Below, piece after piece: positions 1 through 13,329 of a DNA stretch of 64,000 nt (position 1 is its first letter; every line of letters begins with the position of its first letter). The DNA lies in the NCBI GenBank assembly GCA_964016885.1, contig CAXHJY010000514.1:197954-261953 (forward strand), given 5' to 3'. A program made the position numbers and the translations under genes. Under the pieces are notes generated by a model, which worked only from the letters and a program-made list of their open reading frames with translations, was not told the DNA's origin and did not search any database. The DNA comes from Eledone cirrhosa (lineage: Eukaryota).

Positions 1-263
1 CACTACAGTGCTCCTACAACTTCAAAAGGGGTTATGGGACCATACATACAATATATTTAAAAATGTATTTCTGAAATTTTACATTTCTACCTTTTTCCCA
101 AGTGTATTTCAATATGTTGTCTCTATTCTAATCTATTAGAAACCAATTTTCTTAAGGATACCAGGTGTTGTGAGATATTCTTGAGACAGCCTTGTCACTT
201 CTACCATAATCTAAAGAGTTGCTGCATGCAATGCAGGAGAGAAAATTAATGAATAAGTACCAG

Positions 264-420
264 TCATTGGCAGGCAAATTCTTCTTTGTACCAGATGCTA
301 TTGCGACGGCTAGGGGTCCTCATTTCTTGGACTGAAACTTTACTTTGCATCCTTGATGCAGTGGATGTTGCTGGTTGTTCTTCATGACAACACTTTTGCC
401 ACCTTGTCTGTTGGATGTAG
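264..420 (-). CDS. Putative last coding exon of an unidentified host gene (YIQQTRWQKCCHEEQPATSTASRMQSKVSVQEMRTPSRRNSIWYKEEFACQ*)
   Basis: Acceptor tagcatatttcag, then 1 nt plus 52 open codons ending at TGA (264-266). Phase matches the exon at 5204-5316. Confidence 0.6.
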
Positions 421-1099
421 CTGAAATATGCTATTTAATTGAGAGTATGGAACTTTCTTGTGTGTTTTTTTTTTGTTTTTTGTTTTACTTTTGCTGTGTA
501 TATCTAAAATATGTCGCTAGTAAAGTAAATTTATCAAGTATAAACTACAGTACTAGAGTGGACAAGTATTTTATTTCACTTGTATACAATTAATGCAATC
601 AGTATAATGTTCTTTGCTGTTTCTTCATAATAATGGGAAATAATTATTGTTTGTAGAAGCTGACAAGAATTATAGCCACAAATGCATTTGTTTTATTCTC
701 TTTTGAAAGTAAATAATTTTAATTGTTTGAAATATTTCACTATTAGGAATTACTTCATTGCTAACAAAAGATGATAATTTCATAACAAAGTATATGAAAA
801 TTTTAACTCTTTCTATTGGTTTTTCAACTAAAATCAATTAAGAAATTTAATCTCTTTAAGGCGTCTATGTCTGGCATAAATCTCATAGAAGCTACACCAT
901 GACAACAAAGTTATGGCATTTGTTCAATAGTCTTGGTAGTAAAGTCATGTACTAATACTGTATAATTGCGAACTTATTATGGAACTATGAGAGCTTTATT
1001 CACTTGATTATTATTAATTTTGTTAGCTGACATAATTACTTAAAGCATAGCAAACCAACACTATAATGTATATATATATATACACACACATACACATAC

Positions 1100-1520
1100 A
1101 TATATGTATATACATACATACGTATATGTTATATCGAACATCAATATTAATATTCGATTCATTTGCAAGCAAATGAACCAATTAAAGCTGTGCGTGCCGA
1201 TGACCAATTGTCATCTGTTTGTTCAACACTGGCATCGGGGAACAATCAGTTTGTTTCCCGGTCATTACCCTTCATTAGGACTATTTCCCTCTCTGCTAAT
1301 CTGTTGAACAGTTGAAAATATATAGTATTTTCTGAAGCATACATCGGCTGAGTAGCCTCATTTGAATACCAAGTGAGTTACGTCTAGCCTTGCCGAATAT
1401 TAAAAATAAGATTATGATTTTATTTCTCGCTCTAGCACAGTTGATACATAAATGTAAGTATGTATACATACACGCATACATATATGCACATATATAAATA
1501 TACACAAACATATATACATG
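1100..1520 (-). mobile_element. Old diverged copy of the HHR/octamer ~460-nt repeat family
   Basis: Shares tttgttcaacactg, cggctgagtagcctcatttgaatac..gtgagtt and tttatttctcgctc..aaatgtaagtatgtat blocks in the same order. Degenerate CTAATGA..GAAAC on the minus strand at ~1243-1283. Confidence 0.6.
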
Positions 1521-2773
1521 ATATGTATATGTATGCATATATGTGTGTATATATATATGTATTTATGTATATACATATATGTGTATATGCATATATATAT
1601 ATATATCATCATCATTATCATTTTACGTCTGCTTTTCCCTGCTTGCTATAATTAGAAATGAGTTATTTTATGAAAACTACTATTGCATTATGGAAAAACA
1701 CGTGGTAAACCTTACAGAAATGTTTTTGGAATCAAAATTTAGATGCTATATTGCTGATATTGATTTATTACTTTTAACTAGGGTTATAACACCAAGATAT
1801 CTAACTTTAATGTTGATGTTAAATAATAATGATGATGATCATAGTGTAAAATTCAGGTTAAAACCATAACAATAGACATGAAACCAAAGAAAATTTAAAT
1901 GATATGGGTGACACTTTCCTTCCATTAACATTCCACTGCTTTGATTTTCAAATGAAGTATTTGTAGGTTTTTATTAATATGATTAACATACTCATTATTT
2001 AACTGGAATTAATATAACCTCTTAAAGACAATTATGAAGGAAGGTGTTCAACTCCAATATGGTGCGGAAATCAAAAAAGGTATTTATTTATTTATTTTAT
2101 CAATGTAAGACTCCTTATAGAGCTAGTAAGCCATGGCAGAATTGGGGAAGTATCTAGTACTTCTTACAGTTGAGAAATAAAAAAACAAGATCTAGGGAGA
2201 TAAGCGAATATAAAAATTAAAATTAAAATGGGACAAAAAAAATATGTAGACACTTTAAAATAATCAGTTTTCCATCATATGACTATGCTCAGTTTATTAT
2301 TAAAAAAGTTAAAGTATAGCTGTGATTGTTTCAAATCTAATAATAGAAGATGCCAATATGATTGCAACAATAATCAAATTATATGACTTCTGTAATAATT
2401 AGTACTAAGTACTTATGTTGCATTTCTCATCTTTAGATACTTTTGTATAATTATTTATGTGACATCTGCTATCTTTCTGGCTTTTACTAGTTTCTCATTG
2501 GAAATATATAGACTTTTGGCCTGTGTTATATTATGCTTTTCATTGTGTAAACTGGTATTATAAGAGAATGAAAGAATATGATTGTTACCAAGACTGTTCT
2601 CAAAATATTGACTATAACTGCAGATATAATTGTGTGGTTAAGAAGTTTGCTCTCCTACCATATTATTTTGGCTTTGATTTACTGTGTCACCTTGCACAAA
2701 TGTATTCTGCTATAGTCTTGAGCTGACCAACACATGGGATGTCTATTTCATCAGGAACTGCACAGAAGCCCAT

Positions 2774-2811
<38 letters not shown>

Positions 2812-2822
2812 AATATATAAGG

Positions 2823-2997
2823 CTGAAACCGGTAAAACTAAGCAAAAATATATAAATATTTATCAAATTACTTGGCTCATGAATACAGGCAAGAGTGTAA
2901 CGAAAAATGTTTTAAAAAGGTTGTAAACAGCTGAAACTGGTAAAAGTAAACAAAAGTATATAAATAATCAATAAATTACTTGGCACATGAATACAGA
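2823..2997. repeat. Imperfect direct repeat, ~108-bp period
   Basis: ctgaaac(c/t)ggtaaaa...aaattacttggc(t/a)catgaatacag at 2823 and 2931. Confidence 0.75.
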
Positions 2998-3630
2998 AAC
3001 CTTCCAACTAACCAAAAGGTCAATCATTGTATGTAATCCCTATATTCTTCTCTAACATATTTTATTTAAATATGAAGACTTAAAAAAATATTAGAAAATA
3101 GAATTAGCTTGTTGGTGTTGGGTGTTATCAAAAAGGATTAATCCTCCATTTTGTATGATTGCTCACATATGTCACTGTAATGTAGTTATGCCTGATCAAT
3201 CAATCAGCAGACCAATTATATAAGACTTTGTAACCATTACAATCTTGTTTTTTCCTAGTACAGTGCACTTAGAAGCACATTATTCAATGTGTCCTTTTCT
3301 GAGATTGTAGTATGTAATCTGAGGGTGATTTAGCTGCTAATTCTAGCTAGTTCAGGACTGGTGAAACAGCTTTCTCCCTGAATTGAATGTGTCTGTCTTT
3401 AATTCTTTCTCTTCACATGTTCTATCATAAATCAGCACAGATGAAATCTTTCATTCTAGAGTTTGTCCTTTTTCTTTTAAACACAAAACCATCACTTTTT
3501 TAGGCTTCTTATTAACTTTTCCAATATCAATATATTAGTTATGATTTTAAAAATTATAAAGAAATTGTGAGATTTACTAACGTAACTACCTTTCTCATTA
3601 TGAGGCTCATGTTAGGCATATAACTTAATA

Positions 3631-3814
3631 ATTGTTTCTACTTTTGGCACAAGGCCAGCAATTGCCCAGTACATTAATGGTACTTTATTTTATCGACCCT
3701 GTAAGGATGAAAGGCAAAGTTAACCTCGGCGGGATTTGAACTCAGATCATAAAGGGACGTAATTCTATGCTTCAAAGCATGGTGTCCGACTCTCTACTGA
3801 TACTGCCAATCCAC
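3631..3814 (-). mobile_element. tRNA-derived SINE family A (Nin/Deu-like core)
   Basis: Box A tggcagtatc.gtag, box B gagttcaaatcc and core gcctttcatcctt.c.gggtcgataaaataaagtacca. Several copies in the window. Confidence 0.85.
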
Positions 3815-5203
3815 ACTTAATAATGTTTCTTACATGCAAATATGATGGAAGGATTTAAAATAAATATAAACATTTAGAAATAGACTCTTTTGTATTATAG
3901 AACCAGGGACAGTTTCAGGCAATTTAGTGTCAAGATGGCTAAATATCTTTTTCCACAATCTTTCTGCCTTCAGAGAACTCTCACATTCTCCATTCTCTAA
4001 CTAACATATCAAAGATAAGAAGAGGAAAAGAAAGAAAACTAAAAATGCATGCAACTACCTACAATAAATTTAATCAACTTCATGGGACTAAAAAAAAATA
4101 ACAACTTGATATCTGTTTTTGTATTTGATGCCTTAATTAATAATTCAAAATATCAATTTATATTAAGTGGCGTAAAAAAGATTCCTTTACATCTCAAATT
4201 AAGAGTATTAATTTAAGCTGTTGGAAAAATAAATATTTAATATTTTGTTAATTTGCTCAATAGGGGTTGGGGATATTGAAAATCAATTTATCTGTTGCCA
4301 AATATCCTTTGTTTTGATTCTGATTGGATACTACTTCTGAATCTAGTGATTAATAGAATGGTATTAGTGTTTTCTCCATATGTTAGTTTTGGTGTATCTG
4401 TTGAAAGTAGTATAAATGTTGATTTATAACTTAGGTACAAGGGCACAAATATTAAGTGAGGAAGCAGTTAATTGTACCTACCCTTATATTTGATAGCTAT
4501 TTTATTGACTCCAAGAATGATAAAATGCAAAATAAACTTCATTGGGAATAGAACTCAAGCATAAAGAGACAAACTAAAATGGGGTGATCTACTAATTCTG
4601 CTGCACCACTATACTTCTTTTACATTTTGAATCATCTATTACTATCTAGAAATCATTTCTGGCTTTCATGGTAGATTTTGTGTTGAATAGTATTTCTTTA
4701 CTCTAATGCTTCTCATAATTATACAATGCAATTCAATATTTTCTTACTATGGATGTATGGTTAGTATGTGGGCCATGCTGTGTGCTTCTTAAAATTTTAG
4801 CTTCATGATGCAAACTTTATATTTGCTTCAGGAAATGTTCGACTTTTGTTTACAATGAAAGTAATAAACTGTATATGTTGCTCGCATAAAAAGTGTATTA
4901 CCTTTTCTATTAGTACATTTATTAAAGTGAAATTTATGTAGAAAGGATTAGCTACTTCCTAGGTTACATCAATATTTGCTTATGTATTGTTGAGGAAGAA
5001 ATTTAGTTCAGAAGTCCAAAGATTACATTATAGAAATATTTTGAAAATATATTCTAAAGTTCAATAGGCATGTAGTTATGTTTGTTCCTTATCGTCGTCA
5101 TCATTGTTGCCATTATCATCACTGCTGCTGCTGCCCAGCTCATCCTTGTTTTCCTCTTCCTTCTTTTCTCCTTCATCTTTCTTCTTCTTTTTTCTTCACC
5201 AAC

Positions 5204-5316
5204 TTATTTATGCAAGGGTCGAGGGGCAGTCCTAAACAATTCTTGCAGCAGGTTTTGTCATAAGCAGCTGTCTGCAATTGATCTGGTTGGATTTCCGAAC
5301 AAAACAAGTCAAGCTC
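5204..5316 (-). CDS. Putative penultimate coding exon of the same gene (ELDLFCSEIQPDQLQTAAYDKTCCKNCLGLPLDPCIN)
   Basis: Acceptor ttttatgtaaccag and donor AA|gttggt. 113 nt = 37 codons + AA, which joins the first C of the 264-420 exon in frame (AAC). Confidence 0.55.
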
Positions 5317-7670
5317 CTGGTTACATAAAATATTGGTATGATTGAACAGGCTTGAGAGCAAATGAATTCTAGCAATGACCATACTACTTTATTTTATCCC
5401 TTACAGAATGTATCTAGGTCTATAATATAGTATTTTCCTATAAAAATTGTAGTGTAATTTGAAGGTTATTTGACTGATATTACAAACTGGTCAAATAAGC
5501 ACTAAAAAGATTCCCCCATTGGCTCCTACATAAAATAGATATTGTGAATATTTTTGCATATGTGCATTCTGTAAACATAAATTCAATCTTGCTGTGTTAA
5601 TAGAGCTTGTTGGATTTATTTTGTTTTTTCATAGATGTTATTTCTATATTGTTTATTCACTAAACAGTTCTATATACATTATACTATCTAGTGCACAATC
5701 CTAATGGATCTTCCATCATTATTTTGTATAGGGAGTTTAAAAAATTAGATATCATTTGAGATGAAAATATCCCTGAAACTATTACGTTTAGGACAATGAG
5801 ACTGAGTAGGTGTAATTTTGAGCAACATAAGATTTATTCCTCAAAATTTGTCAACATTAAAACACTAATTCATTATATATAGTTTTAGGAATATTTACAT
5901 CTCTAATGATATTTAATTTTTTGAAACACCTTGTACAATGGAATCTATGTTTTACTGATAATGTTATATGAAGACCAAAGTATGTCTGGTGTTGTCTTCC
6001 TAACTTATGCAGTGGTTTAACCGCAGTCTATTTACATACTGAAGCCAAATGTATATTTATCAAATATACATAGGGGAACTTATACACAAGTTATCCCCCC
6101 ACAAAGTGTCTCATTGTTTTGGTTATTTTATAGAGGCTACCAGCAAATTTGCTAATATATACTTGAGTAATATCAGTGCCCGTTACTCATATTTTTTATA
6201 AGTAGCTCTATGTTGCTTCCTCTTGCACAGGTAGAAGCTCTTGACAGTAGCCGATCAAAATTAGAGGAGGCATTCCTGAGAACATTCTGCAGAGACAGCC
6301 ATGTTGTTTAACAACAGCGTCATTTTCTTAGTAAGTCAGAAGTATGGTTATCAAATGCATGCATGTGAATTTATTCACAATTTATCCACATAGATACATT
6401 CTTTGTTTCTCTTATAAGATGTTATATTTTAAGTAGGCTTCCAATGCAAACCAAAAGTTACAACAGAAGTCGATATGTTAGCAGTATTTTTGAGTTAAAT
6501 AAAATAAGTTGAAAATGTGATGAAAATTTGATTATGTGCACTGAAAGAAACTGTTTGTTGAGTTGAAACAAAGGATCCAAAGTTTATAAGATATAGATTA
6601 TCTGTTTCTAGTTCTGTCTCTCAGGGGAACAAAAGATCTATGACAAAAAAAAAAAAAGTATGGCATACAAATAAAAAAGGGTGAGTTTTAAGTCATTGCA
6701 TGAATATTTTTAATTATGTTATTGCAATAGATATTTTAGGAAACTTATCTCTGATGTTTTAGTTTATTAAGATGAATCTTAGAATTTGGTCATCTTTTAT
6801 TTGCAAATGGTGCTTCTCAAATCTTTCTCATTTCTATAATTTATATTTATTTTACATAAAGGCAAGACAAATAATATTTAACATGTGAAAGCTTGATTTG
6901 GTAGACATAGCAAATTCTCTCTCATATCACTTTCTACCTTTTTAGAAAAAAGGAAGAATTCAGCAATGTAATCTTAGTTACATTATGCCTGAAAATTAGA
7001 CATTTAATCATAGATCTATGTATTGTTTTGCAACAGGTCAGTCCTAAATAAAATCATAAGGGCTGTAAATTAGAAGATATGATTGACAGATTTGAATGTC
7101 CAACGATATTTAGTTTAAACTGTTTACAATTAATGCTGCTGTTATTGTTATTTAAACCTAGGCCTGTCATGATCAAACATGTATAAAGTCATTCTAACTG
7201 TGACTATTTCAGCTGATGTTAGGCATTGTGAACACTCGATAGAATAATCCAACATGTCCCTTTACTAAGATGCTATATAAGTTCAGGAATATTTGATGAC
7301 TATTTCCTACTAGTCAATCAACTTACCATATGAAATTTCCTGCAGGAAGTGTGTGTGATTAACTCAAGAATACACATTGCCTTTAAATATTTGGCCTGTC
7401 TCTATGTGTGAAATAGTCATTATCAAGGCATTGGAATGGTAGAAATAATAGGCTGCTTCCACAAGAAGTGCCTTAAAGTCCTTTTTACACTTTGAAGTCA
7501 AATTGTGCTAAGGTTATCATAATCTTTAATCTTTTTACTGTTGAAAACATAATTAGAAGTTAGGTACTGGTGATGAATCAAAATATTACTCTCTACACTT
7601 AAAATTATGGCCATGTACACAAGGTTGCGAAGTGTTGTTACATGATCACAAAATTATTGTCATGTAAGTG

Positions 7671-7780
7671 AAGGTGCATGGTTTACTGGTTAGAGAATTG
7701 GATTTGAAATCAACAGGTTGCAAGCTCAATTGTAGACTGGGTAATGAATTGTGTCCTTGAGCAAGACACTTGCACTCCCC
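7671..7780 (+). mobile_element. Degenerate SINE family B head (tRNA-like plus tgtgtccttgagcaagacactt core)
   Basis: Resembles the copy at 32086. Confidence 0.6.
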
Positions 7781-10029
7781 ATTGCCCTTTCTGTCAGGAG
7801 CTGTGACCAATAGATAGTATCAGCAATGAAAAAAAAACAATGAAAACATTGACTCCTTGGTCTGATTTGATGAGTTCCACCCAACACAGTAAGCAAACAA
7901 TGTCTGGGATCTTGTCGATCGTTAATGATAGAAGGTAGAAACCATTATTGTGATACAGCTTTAATCTTGATTAAATTTCTTTCAACATATGTATACATTT
8001 AATGTAAGTTGAGATGTGTTAGCCTAAATAGTACTCCAAATTTAATGACATGACTTATAAATCAAGATAATTATATATAAAAAAAAAAAACTGTCCAACA
8101 GTTGCAATATTTGGTTATCAGTTTTATTTCATATTCCCATTAGTTATGTCTTAATGGTATTAAAAACTAGACACACATTCTGAAATACAAATAGAGTACT
8201 ACTAAATGCTTTTATTGACAACATTTTGATAGCATCAATTTCCATGTCGGAGAATTCAAATAAACTAACTTCAATTATTGTCAATATTGAAAACCAATGG
8301 GTTTATTCTTAATGTTATAGAGAAAAATGTAAATTTTTATATCTGAGAAATCAATTATCTGGGTTTTATATCTGTGGACAGATACACCATATTATTACAC
8401 AAAATCATAGCGAATTAAGGTCAATTGTTTTTGCTAGTTGTAGGTAAACTGATGCTCAGAAAAATTGCAGCCAAATTGAGTGAGAGGCTCTTGCATTTCA
8501 TAAATTCTATTATTATCTGGCTATCATTACTAATAACAAACCATTAAAGCACTTATTAATGCATTTGTGTCATATTGTATAGTGATATCAATCTTGTGAC
8601 ATAGTTTAATTATTTCTGTCTATTTGTCATTATCATAAATAGGGAAGTCATAAAGCAAAAATGTTTGGTCAAACTGGAAAAAGACATGCCTATGATAACA
8701 ACTTAAAGTTAAATTTAGCAGCATATACAAATAAACACAAGAAAAACAACGAAGCTATTCATTAATTTAATGTGGTAGAAAAACAAGCTAGAGATTGGAA
8801 GAAATTAAATGCTTGAATAGCAGAACTATAAATGATACAGAAGGCCTAATATGGGTTCATAAAAAGCCAATGAAGCAGATGATGGGCACTACGTGACAGG
8901 TGCTTAGAACACAGATAAAATGGCTTTGTAACTTGAAGTCCTATTTGAGTTCAAGCCCAGAGCATCCTCTGGAACCTGAAATTAAAATGTTCATTGGTGT
9001 ACAAACACCATGAATAATCAAAGCCTGTCTGTACGAGTACACACCAGAATCAATTTGAAGCTTTCCATGTACTAGATAATAAAATATCCAGTTCCATCCC
9101 CATGTGATCAAAGTGAGAATAACCGATGGCTATAGTTACACCTGCACTGCTGGACTTATCTATAAGCTAAATAACTGAATGCATACTGCCCACTTTACCA
9201 AACTCAGAAAACTGGACATGTATATGTGATTCCAGAAAGTGGGGCTCTTTCATTCTGAGGGTGTAAGAAAACAATGCAACATATTGCTGTAATAAACTTT
9301 CCATGCATATCTCATAAGAGATTTTAAAAAGCACACATTTTATAATTACTCTAGTGATTTGATTGTGATTCCTGGGGAGTGGAGGGGATCTAAATGCCCT
9401 AGACTCAATGATATATTCAAGTGAGCAGTGGAGATTATAGCTTGTTAGTAGACAAGCTGTAGTAATCAATGCAGGAAAATTAGTAAAGCACAGTTTGGGA
9501 GTAGTTGCAAAATCGACAGTGACATAGTGATATGCTTTAAGTGTAGAATAAGCAAGATGTGGTATTTTGTGGCAAGAGTCTAATAACCAAGCAACACACT
9601 AAGAATATAAAGAGCTGAAACATATACTGCAAGGACAACTTCCCAGTGCTCTAAAGATTAGGCAATGTTTATATCACTAAATTTAACTGACAAGGCATTA
9701 ATCAAATTGAGGCTATAGTAAAGGAATCTTGTCAAAGGTCGTACACATTGGAAATGGAATGAATACCAAAACAATGTTGTTTCTAAACAAACTTTTTAAA
9801 TCATTCAGCCATGCCTATATATATATATACTGTAGTATAGGTTTGGTAGATATATTCAAAGGTAAGAGCACTCAGTCAATAGGTTAAGTATAATTAGTTA
9901 TACAAATAAAGATGGCCACTATCCTAAGGCAGTGGTGATCTTTCTTTATACGACAGATTAAATGAGTTGGGGCGTATAACCTAAAAACTTATGTGCCTGT
10001 ATATGTCACTGTTGTAACTAATTAGGTGG

Positions 10030-10284
10030 TCGTGGAGGTGCCACGGCAAAAAAGCACCCAGCCCACACTGTAAAGTGGACGTGTAGGCGCCACGAAAAAG
10101 CACCCAGCACTCACTGTAAATGAGGTTGGTGTTAGGAAGGGCATCCAGCTGTAGAAATCAAGCCAAATCAGTTCCTGTATGAGCAATGCATGGTCAGCCC
10201 ACCAGACACTGCCCACAATAGGACAACCCGTCTAACCCATGCTAGCGTGGAAGAACGGACGTAAAACGGTGATGATGATGATGA

Positions 10285-10287
<3 letters not shown>
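10030..10287 (+). mobile_element. RTE-type 3' tail/SINE fragment ending in (GAT)n
   Basis: gttggtgttaggaagggcatccagctgtagaaa...aacccatgctagcgtggaa..cggacg..(gat)n matches the RTE 3' UTR at 31290-31455. A short opposite-strand tail lies at 10326-10370. Confidence 0.8.
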
Positions 10288-10328
<41 letters not shown>

Positions 10329-13300
10329 TCATTTAACGTCCATCTTCCACACTAGCATGGGTTAGACGGTTTTGTTCAATTTGATGCGAGAATGGTTGGG
10401 AGACCCTGTCTCACCCGCAGAATATATATATATATATATACATATAACGGCATTCCTGTTTTAACGACATCACAACTTTCTCCGCTTAGCCTGTTCCCCC
10501 CCTTTTGGAACTTTCCCCCGTTGATGGGCGTGAGCCCGAAATATTGGGATTAAATCTCCACTACGGTAACCCTTCTACCTTTGTTTTGTTTTCATCTTTG
10601 TCTCTCTCAATTTTCACTTTCTCCTATTTCTCCTATCTATCATTCACTTCCTACCTCGAGATTTCCCTCTGCATTGTTGTGGCTTTCTAAACTACGTATA
10701 TATACATATATATATATATTCTGTGATATGGGAACTGCAAAGACCACAAATCAGAGAATTACTTGATACATGGTCGGATGAAAAATGTATCTGGCTGAAA
10801 CTGCCTGCGCTTGTGATTGATCCTCTACATCACTAATATATATATATTGAAAAATTATATCATTTTCAATTTTCAAACTACCTTTTCATCCTTTTTAGTT
10901 TTGGTAGTTAGATTGAGATTTTAAAAAATTCTTTAAAATGTTTTCTTTTATTTTTTCTCCATCAAAACATAATTTTTCACTTTTTTCACTAACATTTTCT
11001 GATATGTGATAAGTATATTATTTATTACTTGAAATTTACAAGTTGATTTTGCAGATAAACTGAAAACTATTCAATACCGAATCTTGGAAATCATTGGCAA
11101 TTCAATTTGAATAGATTTTAAATCATTAAATTGCCACAATAAACATTAATTTCTTTCTAATTAAGAAATGCTGATCATGTTAATATAATCTATGTTGATA
11201 AGACAAAACTGTCACTAGAAAAATTTCTTCACCTCTGATTTTGTCAGCTCTTGTAGAATATTACACTCTCACGCGATATAGTTGAAGGAAAAAATTAAAT
11301 GTTTAAAAAAATATATATAAGTGTGTAAAATGATAACACTGAAACTTCTGAAGTTCTGTGATTATAGCTGAACTGTAATTGAAAAAAATTATTTCATATT
11401 CATATTATTAATTCTTTCAAAGAATATAATAAAAATGTAACCATTTATTTATACATCAATCATGTATTATTATTGTTGTTGATGTTGTCATTACTATTAT
11501 TATTATTGCTGCTGCAGTTGTTATTCCTTAGCATCGTTAAGATTGCTGTCACTGATGATGTTAATGTTTATAGGTATTGGTGAAAACCAGAAAAAGTTAG
11601 ATAAACCCAAAAGGTAGAACTAATTTATCGAATATTTCATAGCAATGTTAAGGTAAAACAAAAACATACACACAAAAAAAAAAAAAAGCAAAAAGACAAT
11701 TCAATGACATTATGGAGTTATTTGAAAAAACAAAAAAACAATTAAATAAATGAATATTCAGATTTCATTACTTCTAATCAGGATTGAGATTAAAGTTAGT
11801 GGAATAGCTATAAGGATCATATAAAATTTTATGTATTTCTGAAACTTCACATATGTCTAATTTCACCATTAAATTAAATGCTTCTCTTGATTAGGAAAAA
11901 CAAATAAATATAAGATAATTTATTATATATATATATATATATATGCGACATGCTCATATTTCACTCACAAGTGTAGATCATTTTCAATTTAACATGAATA
12001 TTGATTGAAAGTAAAAATGTTAATATCATTCGTTTTGTTTTTTCTATTTGTCTTAATATTTCATTTATAGCATAACTTCAAATATGCATAGATTATTTTA
12101 GTTTTAAAATAATTTTTAAATCTCTTCTTTACTTGACAAATATTCAATTCATTTGACAAGACCCAACACCAACTTTTGTAGATTAAGATGTATGGCTGAA
12201 TAAATTAATTTTAGAATGATTACTTTATTTACCACTCTCAAAAGAAAAGTAATAAAGTAACATTGATGAAATTTAAAATTTGAAGAGAGAAGGTAAGAAT
12301 TCAATATTCTAATATATTTCATATAGCAGAGTTCTGCTCTGTCTATCTTCATGACTCATAGTTCTCTAAAACACTAGGGAAGTTATCATGTCTTTAACAG
12401 TGACGAAGCGTCCTCCATACCAAATCATTCAAAGGACAAAAAAAAAAGCCCTGCTAATCTAACTGCAAATATGGTCTATTAGGCAAGATAAACTGCTACA
12501 GCAACACAACAGTAGAACTGTAAATTTGGCAAATGGTTTCTTACTTCCAGTTAACCGTTCCTGGGATTATGGCTTGAAGATTTTACTGGAATATACCAGT
12601 TGGATTTATACCAAGATAAACTAAAAGTGTCATTAGAACATTTGATAGGATGCTTTGCCATATCTTTCTCTGGCTGCCTGAGGTCAACTTTGCCTTATAT
12701 CCTTCTGATGTCAATAAATATCTTACTGCCATGTAAAGACTCCTTCACTGGTTACTTCAAACCTGTGGTCTCACTATTTAGCATCATAGTTCTTACTTGT
12801 TTTGCCTGATGAAGGAAGACCTTTTTAAACTTCTATTCCCTTTCTTACTCAAGCTTCTATTACTGACACACTAAGTAACACTGACACTAATTCCACCACA
12901 TAAAATATCGGTCAGTCATGTGTCATTTCAACAATGTGATGACTTCCTTTATAAATAATCTCATACATTTGCCGCATCTTAAATCTGGATTCTCTCTATC
13001 ACACTTCACCTTTTTTTGTTATACTTACAATGAAATTTGAATAATTTTTACTGATCATTAATTATTTTTTATTTGTCTTGTTTGTTTAATATCATTATTA
13101 TTATTATTATTGGCGACCTACGTAGGAAATCGTATCATCGTGAGCTCCGCAAACGTTTGTTGTTTTCGTTTGTTTAAAATTGTCAATTATGGAAAATTTT
13201 TGGTATTAACTATTTACAAGGTCACAACATTTGCTTTCGGAAAAGGTCACTCAAAAAGATTGGGGCCTTGAGCCCAAAATTTAAACTTTTATAATTATAT

Positions 13301-13329
13301 AACAAAAATAAATTTCTTTGAAAAAAAGC

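Noticed and set aside
2691-2757. Candidate minus-strand exon PDEIDIPCVGQLKTIAEYICA
   Set aside because: Weak splice signals, and its 5' phase is incompatible with the 5204-5316 exon.
9167-9469. 100-aa minus-strand ORF as an upstream host exon
   Set aside because: Ambiguous splice sites and no recognisable homology.
10514-10550. TTGATG-ggcgtgagccc-GAAA hairpin as HHR
   Set aside because: Two core positions are missing, so it is too degenerate to call.
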